From Felis catus (Eukaryota): a stretch of 64,000 bases of DNA. The stretch spans positions 2,048,001 to 2,112,000 of the forward strand of contig NC_058369.1 of the NCBI RefSeq assembly GCF_018350175.1. The letters are read 5' to 3'. Below the pieces are notes generated by a model. It was not told where the DNA came from. It was given only the letters and a program-made list of their open reading frames with translations, and did no database searches. Shown one piece after another: positions 13,308 through 26,034 of this stretch. A program made the position numbers and the translations under genes. Position 1 is the stretch's first letter; each line of letters begins with the position of its first letter.

Positions 13308-14485
13308 TTTTTTTTTTTTTTTTAATATATGAAATTTATTGTCAAATTGGTTTCCATACAACACCCAATGCTCATCCCAAAAGATGCCCTCTTCAATGTC
13401 CATCACCTACCCTTCCCTCCCTCCCACCCCCCCCCCCATCAACCCTCAGTTTGTTCTCAGTTTTTAAGAGTCTCTTATGCTTTGGCTCTCTCCCACCCTA
13501 ACCTCATTTTTTTTTCCTTCCCCTCCCCCATGGGTTTCTGTTAAATTTCTCAGGATCCACATAAGAGTGAAAACATATGGTATCTGTCTTTCTCTGTATG
13601 GCTTATTTCACTTAGCATAACACTTTCCAGTTCCATCCACGTTGCTACAAAGGGCCAGATTTCATTCTTTCTCATTGCCACGTAGTACTCCATTGTGTAT
13701 ATAAACCATAATTTCTTTATCCATTCATCAGTTGATGGGCATTTAGGCTTTTTCCACAATTTGGCTATTGTTGAGAGTGCTGCTATAAACATTGGGGTAC
13801 AAGTGCCCCTATGCATCAGTACTCCTGTATCCCTTGGGTAAATTCCTAGTAGTGCTACTGCTGGGTGATAGGGTAGGTCTATTTTTAATTTTCTGAGGAA
13901 CCTCCACACTGTTTTCCAGAGTGGCTGCACCAGTTTGCATTCCCACCAACAGTGCAAGAGGGTTCCCGTTTCTCCACATCCTCTCCAGCATCTATAGTCT
14001 CCTGATTTGTTCATTTTGGCCACTCTGACTGGCGTGAGGTGATACCTGAGTGTGGTTTTGATTTGTATTTCCCTGATGAGGAGTGACATTGAGCATCTTT
14101 TCATGTGCCTGTTGGCCATCTGGATGTCTTCTTTAGAGAAGTGTCTATTCATGTTTTCTGCCCATTTCTTCACTGGATTATTTGTTCTTTGGGTGTGGAG
14201 TTTGGTGAGCTCTTTATAGATTTTGGATACTAGCCCTTTGTCCGATATGTCATTTGCAAATATCTTTTCCCATTCCGTTGGTTGCCTTTTAGTTTTGTTG
14301 ATTGTTTCCTTTGCTGTGCAGAAGCTTTTTATCTTCACGAGGTCCCAATAGTTCATTTTTGCTTTTAATTCCCTTGCCTTTGGGGATGTGTCAAGTAAGA
14401 AATTGCTGCGACTGAGGTCAGAGAGGTCTTTTCCTGCTTTCTCCTCTAGTGTTTTGATGGTTTCCTGTCTCACATTCAGGTCTCT
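13308..14485 (-). mobile_element. Young 5'-truncated felid L1 with intact ORF2 C-terminus (13550-14473)
   Basis: Uninterrupted 307-aa frame with [18 protein letters not shown] knuckle; poly-T; perfect 17-bp TSD taggatggtgatttctc at 13291-13307 and 14486-14502. Confidence 0.97.
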
Positions 14486-15289
14486 TAGGATGGTGATTTC
14501 TCAAGATGAGTTGATCAGGCACCCGCAGAGTATCCTTCTGTTACCATGACAACAGACAGTAGGATGGTGATTTCAGCCAAGGTGGTGGATCACACTGGGT
14601 TGGTAGAATGGCTATGATGTGGAGGTTGAAGCCCAGAAAGTATTTGAAGTTAGAGCCATCAGAATTTCCTGGCTTGTAGGTGGGCTGAGAAAGAGGTTCA
14701 AGGAAATCTTCCCACGTGTCAATACTTAACAAATAGTTGAATCATTTTAATAGAATTCCATCAGCATTATACCAAATTTTTCTTGGAACTTCACAAATCC
14801 CACTTCAAATTTTTATACATAGGAACAATTGTTCAGAGACATGAATTTTTATAAAATGAGGTACAGGGACTTACCCCAAATTGAGCAGTCATCAAGAACT
14901 TGTATGTTGGAAGCATAATGATGAAGGTATGGATGTACAGATGTATATTTGCATGAGAATCAAAGATCATCACTTAAACCGGAAACTCCTTCATGGCCTA
15001 TCTCGTTAAACAATGTCTAGGGATGTGTGTTATCAGGACCCCCAGCTGGGCACAGCCACAGGTGTGATGTGTTGCAATACTCAGGTGTGCATTGTGTTCT
15101 GCAAGGAAAGTCACAGCAGATCCTGTTTGTAATCAGTCCCTGTGAATGTGGAATGTAAAAGGCTCCATATCCTTCTTCAGATGGTGCACTGAGAACACAC
15201 CAAATAAAACACCTGAATTTTACTCTTAAAAGTGTGAGCACTACGGTATGTGACTTATATCTCAATTTTCAAAACAAATTTAAAGGCCA

Positions 15290-15750
15290 CAATAGCCAGG
15301 AAATCATGCTTCCTGGGCACTGTTGAAATACTTAATGTCACAATGGATTTGCCCACTCTGCCTATTTAACGTAAGCGGACTCACACCATGTGGCCTGGTG
15401 TGGCTGGTGTCTTCCACGTGGTATATAACATTTTCACGATTGGTTCACGTGCATGATGTGTCTGTGCCTCATTCCTTTCTGGGGCTGAATCACCATCCTG
15501 TGTATACACTGCACCCTGTTCATCCATCCACGCACTGGGGGACACTTGGGACATTTCCCTCTTGTGGGTCCTGAATAGTTTTGCAACTGGCATTCGTGTG
15601 CACACATCCGAGAATCTGTTTCGGTGTGGGTAGGACTCAATACCTGGGTCACATTATAATTCCGTGGTTAACTTCTTGAGAAACAATCAAGATTTTATCC
15701 ACATCAGGTGCCCTAGTTTACATTCCCCTAGCCATGCACACCTGTGACTG
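15290..15750 (-). mobile_element. Ancient L1M 3' fragment
   Basis: Similar to reverse L1MB/MC 3' end (ttcatccatcca...gggacacttgggacatttcc; ttttatccacatcagg...tttacattcccc). Confidence 0.6.
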
Positions 15751-16720
15751 TGTCCTGCTGGGATCGCGGGATCCCACGTCTCGTGGGGGCTGAGGACACA
15801 GGGCATGTTTGGTTGACCTGAGGCCAGAGAAGTGGGGCGGGGATGGAGAGTGGGGCTTCGCGGTGCCAAAGGGTCAGGTCAAAACCCAGGAAGACCTTAT
15901 CTTCTGTTTGGTGACATCACCGGTCATTGAGCTGTTCTTAAATACAGGGGATCCGTGCACCGCCACCCCGTGTCCACCGCGGACTCAAGGGTCACCGGGC
16001 CCTTCTGTTCTGTCTCTTCCTGTTCTGGCGCCGGACAAGGGAGGCTCCGCGGAGAAAGTGAGTCAGATTCTCGGGACAGAAGGAGGGTGCAGACGGGTCA
16101 ACGGGCCAAGAGTGTATTCTGCTGGGAGCCCACCTGGGGGCTCACAGATCCCGCACAGGTGTATCGCGAGCGGGACCCTCTGGGGGAAGGAGGCGGGACC
16201 TGGGGGAGCTGTCCAATCTGAGGCCACCGGGGCCGTGTCAGGGTTACTCTCCAATCAGACCGTGAAGGGCCGCAAGCTGTCCTATCACGTGCGGGGGCCG
16301 CAATTATATCACCCGGGAACCATCCAATCAGGCCCGGGGGCGGGCGCGATCCCACCTCTTGGACGTGAACCCGCGTTCCCCGCGGGCTCGGGCTCCTCTG
16401 CGCGGGGCTGGCACCCGCCTGGGGCCGCAGTGCCGAGTGGAGGACGCGTGGAGAGCCCGGAGCGGAGCCGCCAGAGGGTGAGTCCGGCGGGATTGAGACG
16501 GGGTGGGGGGCGCTCGTTCCAACTGGCCGGAACCGTCTGGAAGTGGCCGCGGGCCCACGTCTCCCGGACCGCGGTGACCGGACCCGAGTTTCAGCCCTCG
16601 TCCGCGAGGTGGAGTCCCGGCGTCCTGTCCCCTTCTCACGTGCTGGTTTCCGTGTTACCAGCTGAGTCCCTGGCTGGTGGAAGAAGGCCGGGACCACCAC
16701 CCGTGGGGCGGTAAATCCTG
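15750..16720 (+). promoter_or_regulatory. CpG-island promoter with CCAAT and GC boxes and an exon-1 splice donor (gtgagt ~16478)
   Basis: High CpG density; gtccaatc, ctccaatcag and atccaatcagg spaced with GC boxes; ccagagg|gtgagt resembles KRAB-ZNF exon 1 (ATG|gtgagt). Confidence 0.75.
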
Positions 16721-17120
16721 GGAACGCATGATGGACCTAAGAGAGAAATTCAAATCCCAGCTTGTCTGAGGACACTTTAATTACAAAAAACTCCAACAGG
16801 GACAGTGTCCAGTCTCAGAGATCCTCCAGTGTCTCCAGTGAAACAGAACCGGGGCGTGGCTGTTCTGCGAGAGGGGGATGGGCAGGAAAGCCCAGTGTCA
16901 GGATCCGGCCACTGCGGTGGAGGAAGGCCTCATTGGCTCATGTCCCCAGGGCCTTGTTCCTCAGCTGAGTGGATGCTCAGAGTGTGGGCCACCCGCAGTT
17001 CAGGGGCCTGTGGGGAGGACAGTGGCCTGGGTAAAGTTTGGGTAGGAAACGGGCGGTGGTGGACAGTTGGTTAAACCAGTGTCAAATGAAGATTCCCAAC
17101 TGGGTAAGGAGAGTCCTGTA
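16653..17120 (-). mobile_element. Possible LTR fragment
   Basis: Begins tgttaccag; contains reverse poly(A)-like tttaat and reverse CCAAT (cattggct); ends uncertain. Confidence 0.3.
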
Positions 17121-17140
17121 TTGAGGAGAATGATTGCAAA

Positions 17141-17300
17141 GGGGGGGGGGGGGAGGGGACTGTTGCACTAGAGGCAGGGGCCTTGCAGGGGGACGGGGAG
17201 GGGGGGTGGCTTTTGCACTGGGGACAATGGCTGTGCAGGGGGGCAGGGGCATGCAGGGGATCGGGCGGGGGGCAGTTGCATTTGGGGCAGGGGCTACGTC
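17141..17300. repeat. G-rich degenerate tandem repeat
   Basis: About three units containing ttgca...ggggc...tgcagggg, plus a poly-G run. Confidence 0.7.
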
Positions 17301-17667
17301 GACAGGGAGGACACTGAGTATAAGACCTGCGAGTGTCTCCAGAGTCGTGTAGAAGGGAGGAGAGGAGGAAAGAAACCAGGCGTGAGCAGGTGTGGTGCTG
17401 ACGTGGAGGTTCCCTGAGGCCAGCCTGTCCCCCTGTCCCCAGGAGGGGCTGTGTGTGGCCCAGGATGAGGGCAAGCCCACGTTCAGGGGTCTGGAGGAAG
17501 GAGAGAAGCCAAAGCAAAGCGGGACCAGCCAGCATTTTGTGCCCCTTGGTCATGGGGACAAACAGCTGAGCTGATCGCAGATGAGGCACAAAGTGTGGGT
17601 GTGGGGGGTCTGCGCGTGGCCCTGTCGTGGGTGAGCCAGGGGGACTTCCTGTGAGTCTTCTCTCTCT

Positions 17668-17878
17668 CTCTTTTTATATTTATTTTATTTATTTTGAGGC
17701 AGAGGGTGTGAGCAGGGGGAGGGGCGGAGAGACAGGGACGGAGAATCCCAAGCAGGCTCTGAACCCTCAGCTCAGAGCCCCATGTGGGGCTCGAACCCAC
17801 GAACCATGACGTCACCACCTTAACCAAAATCAAGACTCACTTGATTTAACACTTAACCAACTGAGGCACCCAGGAGCA
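17668..17878 (-). mobile_element. Can-SINE
   Basis: Reverse SINE with poly-T and head ending ccaggagc. Confidence 0.85.
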
Positions 17879-18579
17879 CAGGGCTCAGGTAGGCGTCTGC
17901 AGGTCACCTGTCACCTGTGAGCAGCGCTGTCCCTGTCCAGCCCAGCACGGATGGCTCTGTCCTCCGCCAGCCTCGCGTTGAGCAGGTGTAAGACGCCCGA
18001 GTTCTTTCTGCCTCCTTTCTTCCCCTTCAGGGCAGAGGGTGGTAAGTGTGTCAGGTCGTTCCTGTCCCTGCTGACCCGGGTTACTGGGGGCTTTATCCGG
18101 AGAGCGTCCCCTGGGGAAAAGTGTCTCAGGACAGAACTGTCCTTCTCCATCAGGGTTGGGAGCTCCACGCCTTCATGCTGCTGTGGTGACTCCGGTGTTC
18201 ACGAGCACTTCAGACCTTTGGGCCGTGTTTGCAGGTGTATGATTTTCCTCTTGTAGTGTGTGAGTGTCTGTCCCTGGGGACTGCTGTTCTCCTTTCTTTG
18301 CAGCCCCACCTCTGTTCTCATCACCAAGCAGTGCACGGCTTGATTTTGCCCCTGTTGAACTTGCAATAAGGGAGTAATCCTAGAATAGTCTTTGATGTCA
18401 CGGGAGCGTGCGGTTTCACAGCCCTGCTCTGTCTCACTTGGGCAGGTTTCCTGGAGAAGGGAGGTTCCTGGAGAAACTTAGTTACCTGAAGGAAGGAGGA
18501 TGCCGGTGCATCCCCTGGCCAGGAGCCATCCTGCTGGGAGCTGACCTCTGGGTAGGCGGGTCAAACACGTGTGTACCGC

Positions 18580-19090
18580 CAGCCTATCAGGGAGCAGGAG
18601 GTGGGACCTAGCAGATCTGCCCAATTCTGGGACACAGGGGTGGTGCCAGGATCACCTTCCAATCAGAACGTGAAGGGGCTGCAGGCCGTCCTATCACGGG
18701 TGGGAGCGGGTTTCTCAGAGCAGTGTCCAATCAGGTGTCAGGACCTGAAGCAATGCCCAATCAGGTCACAGGGGTGCATAACGCGGCGCAATTATATCAT
18801 TGTGCTCAGAAACCATCCAATCAGGCTCGGGGGCAGGCGGGATCTTATGCTTTCCAAGGTGGCTCTTCCAGTGCAGCTGGGTCATAACCACATGCCTCCC
18901 TCTGCTCTAGGTGTGGTGTCCACATTCTTACCTTCCACAGTCCCAGAACCACCAGGAAGATGCTCTGAGAGCCTGGAGTGGGACTGAGAAAGGCTGAGTC
19001 ATGGGCCCAGGTCTCCCAGATCCCAGGGGTGTGGCCCCGAGTTATAGGCGTCTTCCCGAGTGGGGTTTCGGTGTCCCATACTGGTTTTGG
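18580..19090 (+). promoter_or_regulatory. Second, CpG-depleted copy of the promoter module
   Basis: Collinear with 16170-16625: ccaatcaga(c/a)cgtgaaggg, gtcctatcacg, gcaattatatca, catccaatcaggc, gggccca(c/g)gtctccc. Confidence 0.75.
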
Positions 19091-20029
19091 GGTCACTGTC
19101 GGTCCTCACCTGACTCTCCGTCCTTGTCCGCAAGGTGGGGTGCAGGAGTGGTGGTCCCAGGACCCCCAACCCCAGTTGTCGGCAACGTAGGGGGGCAGAG
19201 GGCGAAGGGGCCCACTGCTGCTTTGGGGTTCGGGTCTGGGACGACCCCCCACGGATCTGTCTTGTAACGACAGTTGTGTCCTGCACGGGCTGATAGTACT
19301 GACTTCACACAGGCCTGAGGTTTGGGTAAACGGCCTTGTCTGCTGTTCTCTGGCGAAGAGTAAGTTTCTGTCCTTGAGGAAGTACCTCCAAGTGTTGTCC
19401 CATGTTGTTCTGGGGCTCATTGTGGGAGTGCCACCAGAGCAGGGTCTCAGGAAGGTCCTGGAAGAGCCGACACACACAGTTCCGCACCCTAAGGGGAAGT
19501 GGGTGCGGGAGCGATTAAAAATTCATAAAATCCTTAGGACTCTGAAAATTCAGTGAAGGAAGATGTGGTCAATTCTCATTAATTTAAGACTTGTTAGCAT
19601 GAGGATACAGTTAAAGGTTAACTGCTTCGTGAAGGTGTGAACAGTTTCCGCTTCCCTAAAACCACCCAGGTGCCCTAGACTGCCCCTCCCACCGTAGCCG
19701 TGACCGCAGAGTGGAAGCCATGAGGCTGCACCTGGTTGTCCACACTTTTAGGCATGTATTTGCCCTATAATATGTTGGGTCAGCATGACGTTGAAATAAT
19801 TAAACGTTTCTTAGGTTTAAGTGGCAAGAAAGACATCTTGTAGGGACCTCAACTTGAGCTGGACTCAGGTCTCTTCTGCCTGAAAGACAGGCCTGTGGAG
19901 CCTGTCTACCTGGACGGATTCCTTCCCCTTTCATCTGTCTGACCCAGTCTCTAGCTTCCTCTTCATTTTGAGGGATGTTTTCGCTGAGTATAGACATTTA
20001 GTTTGACAGATAATTTTGCCTTTAGCCTT

Positions 20030-20240
20030 TAAAAATTTTTTTTTTGTTTATTTTTCAGAGACAGAGACAGAGTGAGAGTGGGGGTGGGGTGGGGTCAGAG
20101 AGAGGGAGACACAGAATTTGCAACAGCTCCAGGCTCTGAGCTGCCAGCACAGAGCCAGACATGGGGCTCCAACCCACGGATGGTGAGATCATGACCTGAG
20201 CCGAAGTCGGTGGCTCAACCCACTGAGCCACCCAGGCGCA
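20030..20240 (-). mobile_element. Can-SINE
   Basis: Reverse SINE ending cccaggcgcacc. Confidence 0.9.
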
Positions 20241-20349
20241 CCGGCTCTTAACATTTTAAATATGCCACTGCACTGTATTTGTGCTGCCATTAGTTCAAGT
20301 GAGAAATCAGTGTCAACCTTGTTAACCTTCAAAATGAACTCTTAGTTAT

Positions 20350-23300
20350 TTTACCAGCAAATAAGTAAATAAATTTGGTAAATTGGTTTATTTACAGACA
20401 GTAGATAATTACAGTCTGGAACAAGCAATGGCAGAACCACACAAGTCCAGAGAACAAAGGAGACAAACAGTCTTCTAGTGGAATGTGAAGGTTGGGAGGG
20501 TTGCTGTGAACCAAGGGTGCATTGTAGGAAACTGGCAGTTGGACGCGTTGTGGCTGCTCACTGGCTGGGCTGGCAGAGGGTGAAAGCCTTTCTTCCTGCT
20601 CCTGGGGGAGTAAAGTATTAGCTAAGGTCCTACTGACTTGTAAGGCTTTTCTCTTTCTGTGGGATCTGCAATTAAGCACGAGTCATAGTGGACAAGGGCT
20701 GCCTTGCTCTTCTCCTGAGTCCATTCTAAAGCACATTTCCATTTATTAATTTTCACACTTGCCCCTTTCAATCAAGCTCCTTCCTCAAAAGCATTGCTCA
20801 TCAAGAGTCAGTTTTTCCGTATTTAGTGTTTTTGTCTTTTGCCAAGAAGAACCTTTCCTACCTGTGTCTTATGTTTGGGGGAACGTACAGAGCAGTGGGA
20901 ACCAGTTAAGGCCACATTTGAGACACAAGGAAGGTTGGGAGGGAGAAACTCTCAGGCACTTGCCAATTAAATATTCTATCTTCTGGAGGTGATAAGCTTT
21001 GGAAATTATCTCAAAGCATTGAGCCAACATCACATTATTGGGTATATCATTTATTTTTTTATTTTTTTAGTGTTTATTTTTGAGAGAGAGAGAGTGAGTG
21101 CATGAGGAGGGGAGGGGCAGAGGGAGAGGGAGACACAGAATATGAAGCAGGCTCCAGGCTCTGGGCTGTCAGCACAGAGCCCACTGTGGGGCTCGAATTC
21201 GTGAACCATGAGATCATGACCTGAGCTGAAGTTGGACACTTAACCAACTGAATCACCCAGGTGCCCTCAGGTATATCATTTTCTTAAAATGTTTTGAGAG
21301 GCAATAAACAAACAAACAAACAAACAAATAAAATTAAAATATTATACAGTAAAGAAGTAACATGACAAATCCAAATTGTAAGATGAATCTAATCCGGGAC
21401 CCCAAGTCTGAAGGCAGCTCACTGAAATGTTTATTGGCACTTATTCCAACCTCAGGGGGAAAGTTCTCCCTGTGGAGGCAGACCCAGAGTCCTGTATGCC
21501 TCCTGGAAGTTCCCACCTGGGAGACTGTGAGGGCAGATAGTGGGCCCTGCAGAAGCACAGGGTGAGAACGAACCCAGGGCATATGGGAGGAGACAGTGCG
21601 GGGGAGAACACAAAGCTTAGTGGTGAAGTTTTTGAAAAAAAAATAGCAAAACTTGAAAGGTATTTTGAAATAGTATTTTTATCTCAAACTACTTGGAACC
21701 AAATGTGTTCTCAATAATACAGCCTGTAAGGTTGCAAATGAAGAGACCATGAACTTGGGTACGAATCCTAAGTCAGTTAATAGGTCAAGTGAAGGAAAGA
21801 CTTGATTTTCTGAACTTTCTATCCCTTCCAAAAACTCATGGGATGCTCATGAGCCTGTTCCTGAAAGGCCAGAAGACCAAGAAAAGGGTTCCCCCTCCCT
21901 CAAGTGTTTTATAAATGCAGACAAGGGCAGGGCATCTCTCGGTGAAGAGAGAAGAAAACAACAGTGAGCTAAAGGACCCCAGACCAGGGCCAAACATCAC
22001 AGGAAGGCTGTGGCACAGATATGGTCTGCTGCTGTTCCGGGAAACCTTTACTGTCACATCACCACGTGGTGTGCAAGGCAGTCAGGGTTTGCTGTGTGTC
22101 TAGACATGTCACGTGCATCCAAGAGTCTGTGCCCTAGAGTGTGGTGACACAAGGGCTGGCGGGCAGATGCTGAGAGGGGGGAGACTGGAGAGAACCAGGA
22201 GGTGTCTTGTCAGTAGGCGAAATCTTGGGGTTGCAAGGTGGGAGGATCCAGGTCTTCCTCTCTCTCCAGAAGGGTACCATGAAGACTGCTCTTCCAAAGC
22301 ATGGTTATTTCAAATAGAAGCGACCAATCTTTTCCAATACTGAAGCATACCTCCCTTTCTCATTGAGGGTCAAAGTCAACAGGGACCAGTGCAATGGACG
22401 TGCTGTGATATCTCAGGGTGGGAGTCTAGGAGTTCTGGAGGGTGGATATGAGATTTAGGACTAACCACAGTGCTTTCGGACATGGTGTAGGGGGTGGGGG
22501 GATGTCTCCCCAGTTTGTCAATTGAGCATCGATAGTGCCATTAGTGTGTTCAACTAAGCCTGAGGATTGTGGATGGTATGTGCAGGGAATGTTTTGTAAA
22601 AACAGCTTAACAGACTGGTTCACGGAAGCACCTGACTGGCAAAATGGGTTCACCAATCACTATGAAGTTTGAGAGGTGTTCCCCAGGTAAGGATAATGTT
22701 TTCTCACAGCACTGCAGCCACAGGACAAGCACTGGCTTGTCTGCAAGCGAAAGTTTCAGTCCAGTGAGAAAACACGTAAACCATGACTAAACTGTATTCA
22801 TGTCCAGGAGAGAGGGAGCTGTGTGAAATCCATTAATGCAAATGTGTTTCCCTGGGTTGTACTTGGACAGGTGGGACCAGGGAGGTAGGCACTTTCTGTG
22901 GTTTTATTAATGTTTCCTTGCCAATATTAGTTCATGAACATTACCACTGTGTCATTAGGCCAGGGTTTAATGCATATACAGTGCTGAGTAGTGGGAATTG
23001 TTGAATCTCCAGTAGGGCCAGAGTGTTATTTGGTCCAAACCAATGTTCTCTCTTTTTACTGAATCAATAATTATTAGATTTTCAGTATTGTTTTTCCCTC
23101 TCTGAGGCCAATTATTGGGTATCCTTTGTTAATTTTTCCAAATTATCATTTGGGAGAACATCCCTTTGGACCAAGACAGATATTTGGCTTTTGGTTTCCT
23201 GGAGAGTAGTGCTTTTCATGGAAATATCAGCGAGGTGATTTCCTTTGGGCCACCATGGGGTTTAGCCTGGAGTGCCCGGGAACCTTAGTAGGGCCCAAGC

Positions 23301-24365
23301 AGCTAGCAAAAGTATAGCATCTAATACATTTTGGACATAGGAGTCATTTTAATTTTATCCCCATTGGGGGTAAGGAAGCCACACAATTTGTACAATATTC
23401 CAAAAGTATGAACAACCCCAAAGGCATACTGACGATTGGTATAGTCTGTGGTTTTACCCTTAAAGTACAAGCTCAAATAAGGGAATATAACTCACCTGTT
23501 AGGCTGAAGTAGCCACAAGTAAGGGTGCTCCCTCAGTGATTTCAAAAATAAGTTGCAATAGCACACTCAACCCATTCAACATTATCATCCTTTAGGTAAA
23601 ACCTGCAGTAAACCATCAAAACTATCCCTTAGTTAGTTTTCCATACACTGCAATGGGGAGTCAAAAGGTGATCTGTCAGCATGGCCAAATTAACTCAGTC
23701 TGGAGTGGATATGTCTTCCCTTTCCATCCTGGTCCTGTTAACCAGAAGAGCATGTTCCTGGTTCAGACGATTAGCAAACATGGAGTTAGTTAAAGGCTAC
23801 TTGGGCGGATTCCCCGTCTTAAAGGAAGAGCAGCATTTTCCTTGAGGACAACTTGGAGTTGAGTGTAATTGTCATCAACAGGTTCATTCATCAGGTGCTG
23901 TTTGCAATCCTAAACCCTGTTCCAGTCAGCAGGCTTAGGAAAAGCTACCACATTTGCCCGGTGGAGACTTTCATTGTGTGTTCTAGCATCTTGCCAGAAG
24001 TGAGAGGTCTGTTTCTCTAAATACCTTTCAAGGATTTCCTGGCAGACTGGCTTCATCCTGTGTGTGGCCTGACCCTCACCAACACGTATAGGGACTAGTT
24101 GATATCAATCTGAGAAATCAGTTTGGGGAGTTTAAGTATGTTAAATTCGTCATCAAATCTACGGGGGTCTTCAGTCACTTTGGGAAACTCATTCACTCTG
24201 GCTCACAGTTCAGCTTTCATCCAGGGAAGAAACTGGGGTTTGTTTGGATCATCAGATTTAGTTTTAAAGGGGCAGGTTTTAACAGGTGCAGGAGAGGAAG
24301 GATTGGGGCAAGACTCAGAGGAACAGGGACTTTCAGCGGGAAGAGAGGAAGAGGGTGATGGAGGC
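20350..24365 (-). mobile_element. ERV1 internal remnant (gag-like, RNase H, integrase) with 3' LTR ~20380-20750
   Basis: Integrase YHPQSSGLVEHTNGTI at ~22530-22580; RNase H start WFTAGFYLK near 23600; RNase H DNA homologous to 8380-8560. Confidence 0.75.
21049..21266 (-). mobile_element. Can-SINE
   Basis: TSD ggtatatcatttt. Confidence 0.92.
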
Positions 24366-24811
24366 AAATTTGCCTATTTTTTCTTTCGTTACTTGTGACT
24401 TCGATGTTACAGCTAAGAAGTCACTGCCACATCCAATGTCATGAAGGTTTTTTCCTATATTTCCTTCTAAGAGTTTTGTTGTTTTAGGGCTTACATGTAG
24501 TTTCTTGATCCATCTTGAGTTAATGTTTGGGTATGGTGTTAGGTAAAGGTTCCACTTTGTTTTTTTGCATGTAGATCTCCAGTTCCTTGGCACCATATAT
24601 TGAAATCACCATCCTTTCCTCATTGAATGGTCTTAGCACACTTGTCAAAATCAGTTGACCATGTATGCAAGGATTTGCTTCTGGGTTTTCTATTCTATCT
24701 GCTTGGTCTATATGTCTATCTTTATGCCCTTCCCACACTGTTTTGATTATAGTAGCTTTGTAGTTAACTCGTAAGCCAGGAAGAGGGAGACTTACAAATT
24801 TTGTTCCTTTT

Positions 24812-25600
24812 TGTCATAGACTCTAAGTCTAAAGTTCTCTTTTGGCCAGCAAAAGAGTGGGATGCAGGATGAAAAGCGAGAGATGGCTAATATCCAGGAA
24901 AAGACAAGAGCCCAGAATAAGGGTCCTTGCCCAGTTTTTATTAGGATCAGAAGACTTACAAACATGGCTATGGACATGCACAAAGAGACAATGAATCTGT
25001 GAACATTAACTTGTGGACATGAGGGAAAGGGGGTCTTGAGCATATTTGGGGTTAGGGGTTTGGGTTAATACAAAACAAAATATTGGTGCTGGGCAGGTGG
25101 GCAGGAGGTTGTTTACAGTGGACCTGAGGCACCAGCTGTTTATCTTAGCTAGCCTAGGGGATGAGACAGGGAGGACAAATAACCTCAGGGTTAACAAGGC
25201 ACCTTTCTTTTGTTAATCATCTCTGCTCTGGGCTGCTTCACCTGAAGTGCAGGTCTATAGCCCAATTTACCTGCTTACCTAATTTGGTCCTTCCTTCCTA
25301 TGAAAGCAGCTTTCTGCTATACTACTAAATTGGGGGGCACTTTTGCCCTGAATCCCTAATCTTGCTTACCTCATATACCTTTGTATTGGGGGTCTTTGCA
25401 CCCCTCTCTATTCTGAGTGGGGGGATCTGCACCCCGTCTCTAGGTGCCTTTGCACCTCCTCTTTATTCTGGGGTGCCTTTGCACCTCCCTACTCTTGTTT
25501 ACCCAAACCCAGGTTGTGAGTATCCTATGGCTTTGTATTTCTTTATGCCTTGTTAACCCATTGGTGTAAGCCCAGGGGATTCCTAAGCTTATTCCCCACA
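24812..25600 (-). mobile_element. Solo LTR (789 bp), beta/ERVK-like
   Basis: TG...CA termini (minus strand starts TGTGGGGAATAAG), AATAAA on minus ~24936, exact 6-bp TSD cctttt at 24806-24811 and 25601-25606. Confidence 0.9.
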
Positions 25601-25751
25601 CCTTTTGAAGACTGTTTTGACTATTTGAGGTTGCTGGAGATTCTTTATGAATATTAGCATGGGTGTTTCTATTTCTGCAAAGAAAAAGCCATTGGGATTT
25701 TGATAGGAATTGCATTGAATCTGTAGATTGCTTTGAGTAGTACTGACATTT

Positions 25752-25992
25752 AATTTTTTTTTTTAATTTTTTTTTCAACGTCTTTTTATTTATTTTTGGG
25801 ACAGAGATAGAGAGAGAGAGAGAGAGCACGAATGGGGGAGGGGCAGAGAGAGAGGGAGACACAGAATTGGAAACAGGCTCCAGGCTCTGAGCCATCGGCC
25901 CAGAGCCCGACGCAGGGCTCGAACTCACGGACCGCGAGATCGTGACCTGGCTGAAGTCGGACGCTTAACTGACTGCGCCACCCAGGCGCCCC
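25752..25992 (-). mobile_element. Young SINEC_Fc
   Basis: TSD gtagtactgacattta; diagnostic gactgcgccacccaggcgcccc. Confidence 0.95.
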
Positions 25993-26034
25993 AAGTAGTA
26001 CTGACATTTAAAAAATACTGTCTCTTTTTTTTTG

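Noticed and set aside
15809..16714. 301-aa ORF and overlapping antisense ORFs
   Set aside because: Non-ATG start, low-complexity G/P/R/S content and no domain; expected from stop-codon scarcity in a CpG island
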